From Desulfomonilia bacterium (GTDB lineage: Bacteria > Desulfobacterota > Desulfomonilia > UBA1062), in assembly GCA_050014195.1 (NCBI GenBank), contig JBEKDT010000001.1:416001-480000 (forward strand): a DNA stretch of 64,000 bases, in the 5' to 3' direction. This document shows, piece after piece, positions 10,938 through 20,884 of the stretch (its first letter is position 1; each line of letters begins with the position of its first letter). The position numbers were made by a program, and so were the translations under genes. Under the pieces are notes generated by a model. It saw nothing but the letters and a program-made list of their open reading frames with translations, was not told where the DNA came from and ran no database searches.

Positions 10938-11840
10938 ATGGAAACCTTCACAAATATAGAATTTCCTGCTGTAAAAAAGTTGGGGAGCGGCAAGGTCAGA
11001 GAGATATTTGATGCCGGCTCCGAGCATCTTCTTATTGTCACTACCGATCGCATCTCAGCCTTTGATGTGATCCTGCCCGATCCAATCCCTTCCAAAGGCT
11101 GTGTCTTAAACCTACTCTCCCTGTTTTGGTTTGAAAAAGGATCATCCATCATCAAGAATCATGTGGTAACTTCAGCCGTGAACGCCTACACGGAGCCATT
11201 TAAGGGAGACAGCCGCCTAGCCGGGAGGTCCATGCTGGTAAAAAAAACCAACCCTCTGCCCGTGGAGTGTATTGTAAGAGGGTACATCTCGGGCTCGGGC
11301 TGGAAAGAATACCTTAAACTCGGCTCCGTCTCCGGGGTGAAGCTCCCTACCGGACTAAGGGAATCAGACCGCCTTCCTGAACCTATATTTACTCCCTCCA
11401 CCAAGGCACAGATCGGGCATCACGACATCAATATCGATATGAAGACCGCAGGAGACCTCGTGGGTCAGTCCCTTATCGAAGAGGTAAAGAGTATCTCACT
11501 TTCAATCTACTCCATGGCGGCGGCCCATGCGCTGGGAAAGGGTATCATCATTGCCGACACGAAATTCGAGTTCGGGCTTTTAGAGGGAGAGCTCATCTGG
11601 ATCGACGAGGCCCTCACTCCCGATTCCTCCAGGTTCTGGCCGCTTGAAGGGTACATGCCGGGAGGGCCGCAGAAGAGCTTTGATAAACAGTTTGTCCGCG
11701 ACTACCTGGAAACTCTGGATTGGAACAAGACAGCACCGGGGCCCAATCTGCCGCAGGACATCATTAAGAAGACCTCTGAGAAGTATATTGCCGCCTATGA
11801 GCTGCTTACGGGAAGAATATTCGCACAAGAACGGGCATAG
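10938..11840 (+). CDS. purC: phosphoribosylaminoimidazole-succinocarboxamide synthase
   Basis: [39 protein letters not shown]. Confidence 0.97.
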   Translation: METFTNIEFPAVKKLGSGKVREIFDAGSEHLLIVTTDRISAFDVILPDPIPSKGCVLNLLSLFWFEKGSSIIKNHVVTSAVNAYTEPFKGDSRLAGRSMLVKKTNPLPVECIVRGYISGSGWKEYLKLGSVSGVKLPTGLRESDRLPEPIFTPSTKAQIGHHDINIDMKTAGDLVGQSLIEEVKSISLSIYSMAAAHALGKGIIIADTKFEFGLLEGELIWIDEALTPDSSRFWPLEGYMPGGPQKSFDKQFVRDYLETLDWNKTAPGPNLPQDIIKKTSEKYIAAYELLTGRIFAQERA

Positions 11841-11893
11841 AATCCGCCCCTGCTGCTTTTTTAGAATGGTCTTTCATGATGCAGGAGCTCTAT

Positions 11894-11929
11894 AAAAAAA
11901 ACCACCACTCAAGAAGGCGGTGGTTTTTT
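11894..11929. terminator. bidirectional rho-independent terminator
   Basis: A-run-ACCACCACTC-AAG-AAGGCGGTGGT-T-run. Confidence 0.8.
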
Positions 11930-12107
11930 AGGAACGAGGATGACACTTTCTCAAGATGCAGGGTTCTTTCCGATCTCAATAAGGAGATGCCGGGGGTACC
12001 GAATAACAGGTCTGCGCGGCTCTATTTTTTATAGTTTCTTCATTTAACCTTATGGTCGGTTAGCCCGCCTAGGGATCGGTTTTTCGAATACCCCAGCTCT
12101 TCTCCCT
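11894..12107 (-). ncRNA. candidate structured sRNA of unknown family
   Basis: long closing stem AGGGAGA..GCUGGGGUAUUCGAA / UUCGGUACCCCCGGC.UCUCCUU with G-U pairs only on minus strand; inner hairpins; upstream sigma28-like promoter; downstream terminator. Confidence 0.5.
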
Positions 12108-12114
12108 AAGAAAT

Positions 12115-12141
12115 GTATCGGCAGCGATGTCGATTGCTTAA
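12115..12141 (-). promoter_or_regulatory. sigma28 (FliA)-type promoter
   Basis: minus strand TTAAG-N14-GCCGATAC, matching the TAAA/TCAAG...GCCGATA consensus. Confidence 0.55.
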
Positions 12142-12203
12142 GCGTATTTCTTGAAAGAAAATTTCATGACGACCAGCGGTTCAATCTGGGTATTCCTCGC
12201 CTA

Positions 12204-12908
12204 TCATCTCAGGTTTTTATGGCCCCCCTGTGCAGACAAGAGATTGTTCACCCAGCTCCGGGCGGAGTCTGATACCGCACCGAAAGGTATCGGGGACCCG
12301 ACGATCAGATCCACAAGATGCTTCAGCATGCGTGCCGTGGCACCCCAGACTACGCCCCCCTCGATCTCAAGGAAATAGATGTTGACGCCCCTGCCCCGGA
12401 AATGAGACCGCTCAGCCATCCAGGCCGAATCACTCAGCGCCTTTCTCAAGGGGACCAGCAGCAGGATCTCGGACTCGCTGTTGATCTTAAAGTCGTACGG
12501 ATAAGGGATGGCACCCACCACCGGCGTGATGTGATATCCCACAATGGATATATGGTCATCCAGTAGGCCCAGGACTTCCACGTCATCCCGGCAGAGCCCG
12601 ATCTCCTCGTGGGCCTCCCGCAGAGCCGTCTCCACCAGGCCCTTATCGCCGGTCTCCACCCCTCCGCCCGGGAAGCAGATCTCTCCCTTGTGGTGCTCAA
12701 CGTCCATGGACCGCATGGTGACAATCACCTGGGGATCACCGTCACTCCAGCACAGGGGGAGCAGGACGGCAGATTCCCGGAGGTCCTCCCGGGGGATGAT
12801 CCTCCTCTTGTGGGCGGCCAGCAGGGTACGGATATAATCCTTCAAGGCCTGCTCACTACCAAGAAGCTCATGGATTCTGGAACCTTGCATGGATGCTTCT
12901 ATTACCAC
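12204..12908 (-). CDS. Nudix hydrolase, CoA pyrophosphatase (NudL/PCD1-like)
   Basis: SAVLLPL, HKGEICFPGG, TALREAHEEIG Nudix box, VWGATA. Confidence 0.92.
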   Translation of the reverse strand: MVIEASMQGSRIHELLGSEQALKDYIRTLLAAHKRRIIPREDLRESAVLLPLCWSDGDPQVIVTMRSMDVEHHKGEICFPGGGVETGDKGLVETALREAHEEIGLCRDDVEVLGLLDDHISIVGYHITPVVGAIPYPYDFKINSESEILLLVPLRKALSDSAWMAERSHFRGRGVNIYFLEIEGGVVWGATARMLKHLVDLIVGSPIPFGAVSDSARSWVNNLLSAQGGHKNLR

Positions 12909-12967
12909 AAAGAGCTTGCCATGAACAGGCTTGACCGCATGAGGTCTTGCTGTATATTATACCACTC

Positions 12968-13555
12968 ATGAGAAGCAAAGGTGCAATCAAGAACTACATC
13001 GTCCTCATCAGAGATCTGGTGAGTGATGTGGAACTCCTCCTGGATGACGACATTGAGCACGATTCTTCGCACAGGTGGAAGGAGCATGCAACACTCATCC
13101 TGGGTAAGATCCTCGGCAAGGATCACACCTATGTCAAACAATTCGCTGGGATAGAGTTCTGCACCCCTTTCTTCGACGACTTTGATGAGTTTATGGAGGA
13201 GGATACCTTCCGGCTCGCCCTGGAGGATGCCAGATCATTCCTCATCTCTCTCATCGACGAGCTTGAGAGCGAACACAACTGTACACCCGGCCTCATGGAC
13301 ATGGAGAGCCTGTTCGCCGAGATGAACCGTTATGTCCTCGCCCGAGTGGGAGACCCGGGTATGCGCAGCAGCCTCCACAACCGGATCACAAGGCTGAGAA
13401 ACGGCATGATGTCAGGCGAGATCTCAGGTGATGAGGTGCGCTACCACATGGAGCACATCGGCTGCCTTGATTCCGGGCTCTACGAGCGCATAGTCCCGCT
13501 CCTGACATGGTATTATATTCAGGGGGCGGGGTTTAAAGGGGCACACAACAACTAA
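12968..13555 (+). CDS. hypothetical helical protein
   Basis: long ORF with genome-like codon usage upstream of purH; no catalytic motif recognised. Confidence 0.7.
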   Translation: MRSKGAIKNYIVLIRDLVSDVELLLDDDIEHDSSHRWKEHATLILGKILGKDHTYVKQFAGIEFCTPFFDDFDEFMEEDTFRLALEDARSFLISLIDELESEHNCTPGLMDMESLFAEMNRYVLARVGDPGMRSSLHNRITRLRNGMMSGEISGDEVRYHMEHIGCLDSGLYERIVPLLTWYYIQGAGFKGAHNN

Positions 13556-13607
13556 CCCATATCACACCTCCCTTATACATTCATTATTCCTAAGGAAAGG
13601 AGTTTAC

Positions 13608-15179
13608 ATGCCGAAGATCACAAGGGCCCTTGTGAGCGTTACTGATAAAAAAGACATTACGGAATTCATCAAAGAGCTCGCTTCATTCGGGGTGGAGATC
13701 ATCTCAACGGGCGGCACCGCCAAGGCACTGAAGGATAACGGCATTAAGGTGGTGGACATCTCCGAGTATACAGGCTTCCCCGAGATGATGGACGGCAGGC
13801 TCAAGACCCTGCACCCCCTGGTACACGGCGGGATGCTTGCCGTGCGTGACAATCCCGAGCACGTCGAGGCCATGAAAAAGCATGGCATCAAGCCCATTGA
13901 TATGCTCGTAGTAAATCTCTACCGGTTTGAAGAGACCATTGCCAAGGGTGCATCTCTTAAAGAGGCCATCGAGAATATCGACATCGGCGGCCCCGCCATG
14001 GTAAGGGCCGCATCCAAGAACTACAAGTACGTGTCCGTGGTGACCGATACTTCCCAGTATCCCAAGATTATTGATGAGATGAAGCAGACCGGCGGCACGG
14101 TGAGTGAAAAGACCAACTTCGAGCTTGCCCGGGATGCATTCTCTCTCACCGCGCGCTATGATGCCGCCATATCCAACTACCTCCAGGGTATCGATGTGGA
14201 GGAGGGGCAGTTCCCTCTCACGTATACGGTCCAGTACAAGCGCTCCCAGATCATGCGATATGGCGAGAACCCACACCAGAAGGCTGCATTCTACAGCGAA
14301 CCCAACATAGACCAGCCCGCAATATCAAGCGCCGAGAAGCTCTGGGGCAAGGAGCTCTCGTACAATAATATCATGGATTCCGATGCGGCCCTTGACCTCA
14401 TCATGGAGTTCGACAAGCCCGCATGCGTGATACTCAAGCATTCCAACCCCTGCGGGGCAGCCCAATCTACAAGCTCTTTGGCCGAGGCATACCGCAAGGC
14501 CCTGGCCGTTGATACTACGAGCGCCTTCGGCGGCATCGTGGGCCTGAACCGGGTCGTGGATGCCGAGACGGCCAGGGCTATCGGCGAGATCTTTACCGAG
14601 GTGGTTGTGGCGCCCGATTACACCCCAGAGGCCTTGGCCATCCTCGAGGAGAAGAAGAATGTACGCCTCCTGAAGGTTCCGGGAATTGCCCAGGGTATCA
14701 AGGCAAAGAAGCAGATGCTCTCTTCACGCAGGGTCACCGGCGGCCTGCTCCTCCAGGAACGCGATCTGGGCGACATCGACCTTACAAAGGCCCAGGTGGT
14801 TACCAGGCGCAAGCCCACCAGTGAGGAAATGGAGGCGTTGAAGTTTGCATGGAGGATCGTTAAATATGTCAAGTCCAACGCGGTCATTTATGCAACAAAG
14901 GACCAGCTCATCGGTGTGGGTGCAGGCCAGATGAGCAGGGTGGACTCCTCGAAACTGGCTATCATCAAGGCTGCCAATGCAGGGCTTTCCACCAAGGGTA
15001 CGGTAGTGGCATCGGATGCCTTCTTTCCCTTCAGGGACGGTATCGACGAGGCCGCCAAGGCAGGCGCAACGGCCGTGGTGCAACCGGGCGGTTCGGTGCG
15101 GGACGCGGAGGTCATCCAGGCAGCCGATGAGCATGACATGGCCATGATCTTTACCGGCATGCGTCATTTCAGGCACTAG
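13608..15179 (+). CDS. purH: bifunctional AICAR transformylase/IMP cyclohydrolase
   Basis: [40 protein letters not shown]. Confidence 0.98.
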   Translation: MPKITRALVSVTDKKDITEFIKELASFGVEIISTGGTAKALKDNGIKVVDISEYTGFPEMMDGRLKTLHPLVHGGMLAVRDNPEHVEAMKKHGIKPIDMLVVNLYRFEETIAKGASLKEAIENIDIGGPAMVRAASKNYKYVSVVTDTSQYPKIIDEMKQTGGTVSEKTNFELARDAFSLTARYDAAISNYLQGIDVEEGQFPLTYTVQYKRSQIMRYGENPHQKAAFYSEPNIDQPAISSAEKLWGKELSYNNIMDSDAALDLIMEFDKPACVILKHSNPCGAAQSTSSLAEAYRKALAVDTTSAFGGIVGLNRVVDAETARAIGEIFTEVVVAPDYTPEALAILEEKKNVRLLKVPGIAQGIKAKKQMLSSRRVTGGLLLQERDLGDIDLTKAQVVTRRKPTSEEMEALKFAWRIVKYVKSNAVIYATKDQLIGVGAGQMSRVDSSKLAIIKAANAGLSTKGTVVASDAFFPFRDGIDEAAKAGATAVVQPGGSVRDAEVIQAADEHDMAMIFTGMRHFRH

Positions 15180-15189
15180 GAGGTATTTC

Positions 15190-16470
15190 ATGCGGGTGCT
15201 GGTGGTAGGCTCGGGCGGCAGGGAGCATACCCTGTGCTGGAAGATCGCACAGAGCAGCCTCGTGGACGAGGTGTTCTGCGCCCCCGGCAACGGCGGCATC
15301 GCCCAGGACGCAGTTTGCGTAGACATCGGGGCGGATGACATCGCAGGCCTGCTGAAGTTTGCAAAGAACAACCGTTTCGATCTCACTGTCGTGGGCCCCG
15401 AGGCGCCACTGACAGCAGGCATTGTGGATGCCTTCCGCTCAGAAGGCCTTGCCGTCTTCGGGCCGGACAAGGCGGCCGCAGCACTCGAGGGCTCAAAGGC
15501 CTTTGCCAAGGATGTGATGAAGGCCTGCGGCATCCCTACTGCAACCTATCGGGTATTCTCGGATGTGCATGCCGCCAGGACTTTTATTAAAGAGGCCCCC
15601 TACAACGTGGTGGTCAAAGCAGACGGCCTGGCAGCGGGCAAGGGAGTGCTCGTCACCTCGTCCAAGGAAGAGGCCTATGCAGCCATCGATGAGGTCATGG
15701 TGAAGAAGTCCTTCGGCGCGGCAGGAGACCGGGCTTTAGTAGAGGAGCTCCTCGATGGAGAGGAGGCCTCGTTCATTGCCATCTGCGACGGCGAGAACGT
15801 CCTGCCGCTGGCCTCGTCCCAGGACCACAAGCGGGTCTTTGACAACGATGAAGGGCCCAACACGGGCGGCATGGGCGCATACTCGCCTGCTCCCGTGGTG
15901 GATGATACAGTCACGGCTGCGGTGATGGAAAAGATCCTGAACCCCCTCGCCAGGGGCCTGAAGAAACAGGGCATCACATATCGGGGTGTCATTTATGCAG
16001 GGCTCATGATCACCAAGACCGGCCCATCCGTGCTTGAGTTCAATGTGCGCTTGGGGGACCCTGAGACACAGCCCTTGCTCATGCGGTGCAAGAGCGACAT
16101 TGTGCCGGTGCTCCTGGAAGTTGCGAATGGCGGGGTCATAAGAAACTATACTCTCGATTGGGAAGAAGGTCCCAGTGTATGCGTGGTCGTAGCCTCAGGG
16201 GGTTACCCGGGCTCCATCGAGAAGGGCAAGGTGATAAGCGGCATCGCTCAGGCTGACAAGATCGCCGGTGTGAAGGTCTTTCATGCCGGCACAAGGCTCC
16301 AGGGAGATGCCTTTGTCACCATAGGCGGCAGGGTACTGGGCGTGACTGCAAAGGCCCATGAGTTGAAGGCCGCCATCGACAAGGCATACCAGGCGATATC
16401 CTTGATCTCCTTCGACAGGATGCACTTTCGCAAAGATATCGGGCACAAGGCCCTGAAGAGGTTGTCATGA
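15190..16470 (+). CDS. purD: phosphoribosylamine-glycine ligase
   Basis: GSGGREH, KADGLAAGKGV, GPNTGGMGAYSP, EFNVRLGDPE. Confidence 0.98.
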   Translation: MRVLVVGSGGREHTLCWKIAQSSLVDEVFCAPGNGGIAQDAVCVDIGADDIAGLLKFAKNNRFDLTVVGPEAPLTAGIVDAFRSEGLAVFGPDKAAAALEGSKAFAKDVMKACGIPTATYRVFSDVHAARTFIKEAPYNVVVKADGLAAGKGVLVTSSKEEAYAAIDEVMVKKSFGAAGDRALVEELLDGEEASFIAICDGENVLPLASSQDHKRVFDNDEGPNTGGMGAYSPAPVVDDTVTAAVMEKILNPLARGLKKQGITYRGVIYAGLMITKTGPSVLEFNVRLGDPETQPLLMRCKSDIVPVLLEVANGGVIRNYTLDWEEGPSVCVVVASGGYPGSIEKGKVISGIAQADKIAGVKVFHAGTRLQGDAFVTIGGRVLGVTAKAHELKAAIDKAYQAISLISFDRMHFRKDIGHKALKRLS

Positions 16471-16955
16471 AAGTAGCCGTTCTCATGGGAAGCAAGTCGG
16501 ACCTTTCGATCATGGAGGAGGCATCGGTCGTACTCAAGCAGTTCGGCATCGATTGCGAGATGCGCATCATGTCTGCGCACCGTACGCCTGATGAGGTCCT
16601 GGCCTTCAGCAGGGATGCAAAGGCAAACGGGTTCTCGGTGATCATAGCAGGTGCGGGCATGGCAGCGCATTTGGCTGGAGTCATTGCAGCGCATACAACC
16701 CTGCCTGTCATCGGCGTACCCATTGCCTCCTCTTCGCTGAACGGCATGGATGCCCTGCTCGCCATGGTGCAGATGCCTCCAGGCGTGCCGGTTGCTACGG
16801 TGAGCGTCGGCAAGGCAGGTGCGAAGAACGCGGCACTGCTTGCCGTGGAGATCCTTGCGCTCAACAATGAAAGGCTCCAGAAAAGACTGGCCCAGTACCG
16901 CTCCGACATGAGAAAGACCGTCCTGGAAGAAGACGACAGCATCAAGAACTCCTGA
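16467..16955 (+). CDS. purE: N5-CAIR mutase
   Basis: MGSKSD, SAHRTP, AGMAAHLAG, QMPPGVPVATV. Confidence 0.97.
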   Translation: MKVAVLMGSKSDLSIMEEASVVLKQFGIDCEMRIMSAHRTPDEVLAFSRDAKANGFSVIIAGAGMAAHLAGVIAAHTTLPVIGVPIASSSLNGMDALLAMVQMPPGVPVATVSVGKAGAKNAALLAVEILALNNERLQKRLAQYRSDMRKTVLEEDDSIKNS

Positions 16956-16958
16956 GCC

Positions 16959-17567
16959 ATGATCGTCACGAAAGATGCCTCAGCCATCGCCTCCCTACTC
17001 ACCGGGCAGCCGGGCTCACTGGTCGCTTACCCCACCGAAACCTTTTACGGGCTTGGTGCACGGATCGCCGATCATAGTGCGCTTAATAGGCTGCTGCGCG
17101 TTAAAGGGAGGGATGCGACAAAAGGCATGATCGTGCTTGTGTCCGATCTGAGGATGGCATGCAGCATCGCGCGGATCAGCGACCCCTGGAAATCGATACT
17201 GGAGAAATTCTGGCCCGGACCTATCAGTGTCGTGCTTTACGCACTCGATGATGTGGACCCGCTCATAGTCTCCCAGGGGAAAATAGCCCTCAGGATCTCC
17301 CCCTTGAGCCTGGCTACATCGCTTGTAGAGCTGGCCGGCCCCATTACTTCCACCTCTGCAAATAGATCCGGCGAGCCGCCAGCACAGACAGCAGAAGAAG
17401 TGGCGAAACAAGGGTTAGATACCGACGCTATCCTGGACGGGGGCCGGACACCAGGAGGAAAACCCTCTACCCTCATCGACCTCACGGTCTGGCCGCCTTT
17501 ATGCCTGAGGGAAGGGGCGGTACCCTTTCAGGAGATATTTGGACTTATTTCCCATGTTCTATCCTAG
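16959..17567 (+). CDS. tsaC: threonylcarbamoyl-AMP synthase (Sua5/YrdC)
   Basis: YPTETFYGL, KGR, FWPGP, TSTSANRSG, PSTLID. Confidence 0.92.
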   Translation: MIVTKDASAIASLLTGQPGSLVAYPTETFYGLGARIADHSALNRLLRVKGRDATKGMIVLVSDLRMACSIARISDPWKSILEKFWPGPISVVLYALDDVDPLIVSQGKIALRISPLSLATSLVELAGPITSTSANRSGEPPAQTAEEVAKQGLDTDAILDGGRTPGGKPSTLIDLTVWPPLCLREGAVPFQEIFGLISHVLS

Positions 17568-17570
17568 GTT

Positions 17571-18356
17571 TCACCGGCCGGAAAAGCTCGGCTTACGTCT
17601 CTCCAGCATGGCATCGATCCCTTCACGGGCATCATGTGTCCTGCCTGCCTCCATGATCCCGAGCCTTTCCTGCTCGAGCTGGTTTTCCAGGAGGGGGAGC
17701 ATGGCACGGTTCAGGTTCTCCTTGGCAATGGCAAAGGCCGCAAGGGGTCCCTTCACGATGCGCTGAACCTTCTCAATGGTCTTCTTCTCCAGGTCGGCAT
17801 CATCTACCACCTCGCCCACCAGGCCGATCTCATACGCCTTCTTGGCATCAATCATGGGGTCTGTGAAGATGAGCTCGGATGCCCTTCCGAACCCGATGAG
17901 GAGCGGCACGTTCAGGCTCCAGGCCCCGTCGGGCGTCAGGCCCACCGAGGTATATGCCTGGCGGAAAACGGCCGATGCGCCGCAGATCCGCAGGTCGCAG
18001 GCTGCCGCAATGGACAGGCCCGCGCCCATACATACCCCGTTGATCATGGCGATCACCGGCTTATCCATCCGTCTGATACCCGAGATGAGGGGGTTGAAGA
18101 GCTTGGTCATCTGCCTGGTGGTATCGCCGATGTCCTCCGACTCCCTGAAGGCCGCAACATCACCACCTGCACAGAAGGCTTTACCCGAGCCGGTGATTAT
18201 GACCGCCTTGGTTGTGTCATCATCCCAGCACACCTCAAGGGCCTTCAGGAGATCTGCCGTGAGTTCGAAGTTCAGCGTGTTCATTTCCTTGAGCCGGTTC
18301 ATTCGGATAATGGCAAGGTCATCCGATTGATCGAGAATGATGGTCTTAAAGTCCAT
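17571..18356 (-). CDS. enoyl-CoA hydratase/isomerase family protein
   Basis: FCAGGD, KPVIAMING, GAG...ACDLR, VGLTPDG. Confidence 0.93.
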   Translation of the reverse strand: MDFKTIILDQSDDLAIIRMNRLKEMNTLNFELTADLLKALEVCWDDDTTKAVIITGSGKAFCAGGDVAAFRESEDIGDTTRQMTKLFNPLISGIRRMDKPVIAMINGVCMGAGLSIAAACDLRICGASAVFRQAYTSVGLTPDGAWSLNVPLLIGFGRASELIFTDPMIDAKKAYEIGLVGEVVDDADLEKKTIEKVQRIVKGPLAAFAIAKENLNRAMLPLLENQLEQERLGIMEAGRTHDAREGIDAMLERRKPSFSGR

Positions 18357-18513
18357 AGAGCCTCCTCGTTATCATTATGCAAACCGACACTTGGGTAACT
18401 CATGCCCTGAATCAGCATATCTTTATACACCCCTTTGGATGCAAAACAAGCCTGCATAACCTCTCGAAGGGAATTATTTGATCAGATTGTTACGTATGCC
18501 AAAACGATGCCGA

Positions 18514-18639
18514 GTCCTGTCGGATAAGACTAATCCTGCAACACAGGAAACCACTTCGAAATACCATGGTACACATATTTTAATAATCTAATGAAATTAT
18601 TGTGGAATTAATCTTTCGAAAAGTTGGTATAGGAATTGT
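18514..18639 (+). promoter_or_regulatory. tandem enhancer sites + sigma54 promoter (locus 1)
   Basis: GTCCT-N7-AAGAC (18514) and ATCCT-N7-AGGAA (18533), AT-rich spacer, TGGTAT-N5-TTGT (18625). Confidence 0.65.
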
Positions 18640-18689
18640 AAGTACCCACCCCATGTCAATAATCTTTATTTTTGATGAGGAGCTCATAT

Positions 18690-18965
18690 ATGTACAGGAA
18701 GAAGAACCGCGATGAGGTTTCAAAAACAAAGGAATTCACTGCTATCGACCCGTTGTACGATCTCATCGAGATCATGGGTGACCATCTCGTTCGAGTTTAT
18801 GAGCACAGGGAGAAATCAAGAGAACAAATAGGTAGCTATAAACAACCCTGCCAGGACCGCCTGATCGTCGAAGCGATAGCTGAATTCCTTATGACAGGCA
18901 AGTTCCAGCTCAGATGCCCGATCAACGAGTGGGAAAATGTCAGTGTGGGAAGGTTTGAACGCTGA
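18690..18965 (+). CDS. small hypothetical protein (LYDL..E / G..[QR][LF] family), paralog of 39500-39763
   Basis: RBS GAGGAG; DPLYDLIEIM...VEAIAEFLMTGKFQL. Confidence 0.7.
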   Translation: MYRKKNRDEVSKTKEFTAIDPLYDLIEIMGDHLVRVYEHREKSREQIGSYKQPCQDRLIVEAIAEFLMTGKFQLRCPINEWENVSVGRFER

Positions 18966-18975
18966 GGGAGACTTT

Positions 18976-19170
18976 ATGAGCAGGGTTGTCTATCTTGTGG
19001 AAGAAGAATGTATCGGATGCGGAATGTGTCAGGATACATGCCCGGAGGTGTTCAAGCTTAACGAGGAAACCAACGTTGCCGAGGTCATCAAGCCTGAAGG
19101 AGGCCCTGAAGACCTCATCCAGGAGGCCATCGATTCATGCCCTGTCGAATGCATCCATTGGAAGGAATGA
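18976..19170 (+). CDS. single-cluster ferredoxin
   Basis: CIGCGMCQDTCP ... CPVECI; RBS GGGAG. Confidence 0.93.
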   Translation: MSRVVYLVEEECIGCGMCQDTCPEVFKLNEETNVAEVIKPEGGPEDLIQEAIDSCPVECIHWKE

Positions 19171-19242
19171 TCGCATCCATATGCGGGCTTGCATGGCTTC
19201 TATACATGCCGGCCACTTTGAGATTGAGATAGAATTCCTCTC

Positions 19243-19659
19243 TTACTCACCGATGATTTTCACCAGCACCCGCTTTTTCCGCCTCCCGTCGAACTCACCA
19301 TAGAAGATCTGTTCCCAAGGTCCAAAATCGAGTTTACCATCAGTGACTGCCACGACCGCTTCACGTCCCATGATCTGGCGTTTCAAATGTCCGTCCGCAT
19401 TATCCTCACCTACATTATGGTGGTACTGAGAAACAGGGCCGTGAGGAGCGAGCTTTTCGAGCCATACTTCAAAGTCATGGTGCAAACCACCCTCGTCATC
19501 ATTGATGAACACACTGGCTGTGATGTGCATTGCATTCACCAGCACGAGACCTTCCTTTACGCCGCTTTCTTTCAGGCACTGCCTTACTTGAGGTGTGATG
19601 TTGATGAACTCGACACGTTTGTCCGTGTTGAACCAGAGTTCCTTGCGAAAGGAATTCAT
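19243..19659 (-). CDS. YjbQ family (secondary thiamine-phosphate synthase) protein
   Basis: [30 protein letters not shown]. Confidence 0.92.
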   Translation of the reverse strand: MNSFRKELWFNTDKRVEFINITPQVRQCLKESGVKEGLVLVNAMHITASVFINDDEGGLHHDFEVWLEKLAPHGPVSQYHHNVGEDNADGHLKRQIMGREAVVAVTDGKLDFGPWEQIFYGEFDGRRKKRVLVKIIGE

Positions 19660-20114
19660 CGTTTATCCCCATCATGCCTTCTTAACTCCATTGCCCATGA
19701 GGATACCATTAACCCTTCGTGAAACAGCACTCCTCGGTTTTCGTACTGTTCCGGTTCAAGCTGCCGAAGGTATTCCATCCCTGTAGAGGCCCCGTCCTCT
19801 GAGCTGAATGCGGATAGAATGGAATCTCCTACAACGGCATAAACGCCATACAGCGTCCCAAGGGTGGGGTTCCGCGAGCACCAGGTAGTCGTAAGGCCGT
19901 CTCTTTCAAAGGGGACAATCTCATAGTGATTCGTAAATTCCAAGCGGTTCTCTCCGAGCATCTTCATGGTACCTTCATTCACCCATAGATCGCCCTGGTG
20001 AATGATGCTCACTGTTCCTTCAGCCGCAACAGCTTTACCCTGATTATCTATGTACGTGCCTAACGCATGCCATGTTCCCGGGTGGAACAGAAAGGTGTGC
20101 CTCGTGGTTTCCAT
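19656..20114 (-). CDS. conserved hypothetical beta-rich protein
   Basis: ORF overlapping the yjbQ-like start; HTFLF.PG.W...G and NPTLG.L.G patterns; RBS AAGGGG. Confidence 0.7.
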   Translation of the reverse strand: METTRHTFLFHPGTWHALGTYIDNQGKAVAAEGTVSIIHQGDLWVNEGTMKMLGENRLEFTNHYEIVPFERDGLTTTWCSRNPTLGTLYGVYAVVGDSILSAFSSEDGASTGMEYLRQLEPEQYENRGVLFHEGLMVSSWAMELRRHDGDKR

Positions 20115-20314
20115 GTTTGCCCCCCTTATGAGATACTTCATGATGCATAAAAAAATCTAGTCCAGCATCCACACTGGCCTTGGTGATGATACGAGAATAA
20201 TACAGCCGATGTATGAAGCGCAAGTGTTGAACATATTACGTTGCAGCAAAACAGGACAGGAGGACTTGATTATAACAACGGCAATGGAGACAAAAAGTTT
20301 TTGTATCTTGCGGC

Positions 20315-20884
20315 TTACCTTCTTTTCTTATAATCCTTTCCCGAGCAGAAGGCCTTGCCTGCATAGTCTCCAACTTTCCAGTATTGGTTGTCAGGCATGG
20401 TTAAAAGCAGGGGGTCCATCTTCTTGATATCGGGCCTGCCCTCCGTAAGGCATCCCTCACCGGCATAAGCCCCGACAATCTCACCTATGTAGAAGGTATT
20501 GGTAGGGAACTCCATGGTCTTATTGAGCTCGCACTCCAAACACAAAGGGCATTCCTCGATCATGGGTGCAGTTTTGAGCTTGCCGTAGAATACATGAAAG
20601 AGGCCGGCTTTATCGGCCTTCTCGCCTGATACTATACCGCAGTAGTCGGTGATCTCCATCATCTCGGCGTTGGGGAAATTTATGCTGAAAGTCTTAGTCT
20701 CGGCTATGCCTGGACAGGTGTAGTGGTGCCTGCCCACACCCACGCCGATCATCGGCGGATTCGCATTGACCCGGGTGATCCACCCCAGGGCCATGAAGTT
20801 GGGCTTGGCGTTCACCTGGGTTCCCAGGAGGGTGACCGGCATGGGAAAGACAAACGTGTTCGCCCCGATATCCACTTTCTTCAA
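20315..20884 (-). CDS. flavin reductase / flavoredoxin family protein
   Basis: PMPVTLLG, NFMALGW, DYCGIVSG, APMIEECPLCLEC. Confidence 0.9.
   Translation of the reverse strand: MKKVDIGANTFVFPMPVTLLGTQVNAKPNFMALGWITRVNANPPMIGVGVGRHHYTCPGIAETKTFSINFPNAEMMEITDYCGIVSGEKADKAGLFHVFYGKLKTAPMIEECPLCLECELNKTMEFPTNTFYIGEIVGAYAGEGCLTEGRPDIKKMDPLLLTMPDNQYWKVGDYAGKAFCSGKDYKKRR

Noticed and set aside
11981-12107. Canonical 6S RNA, tmRNA or c-di-GMP riboswitch
   Set aside because: Too short for 6S and lacks zapA/ygfA context; no tRNA-like ends; no GEMM consensus. Kept as an unknown sRNA candidate
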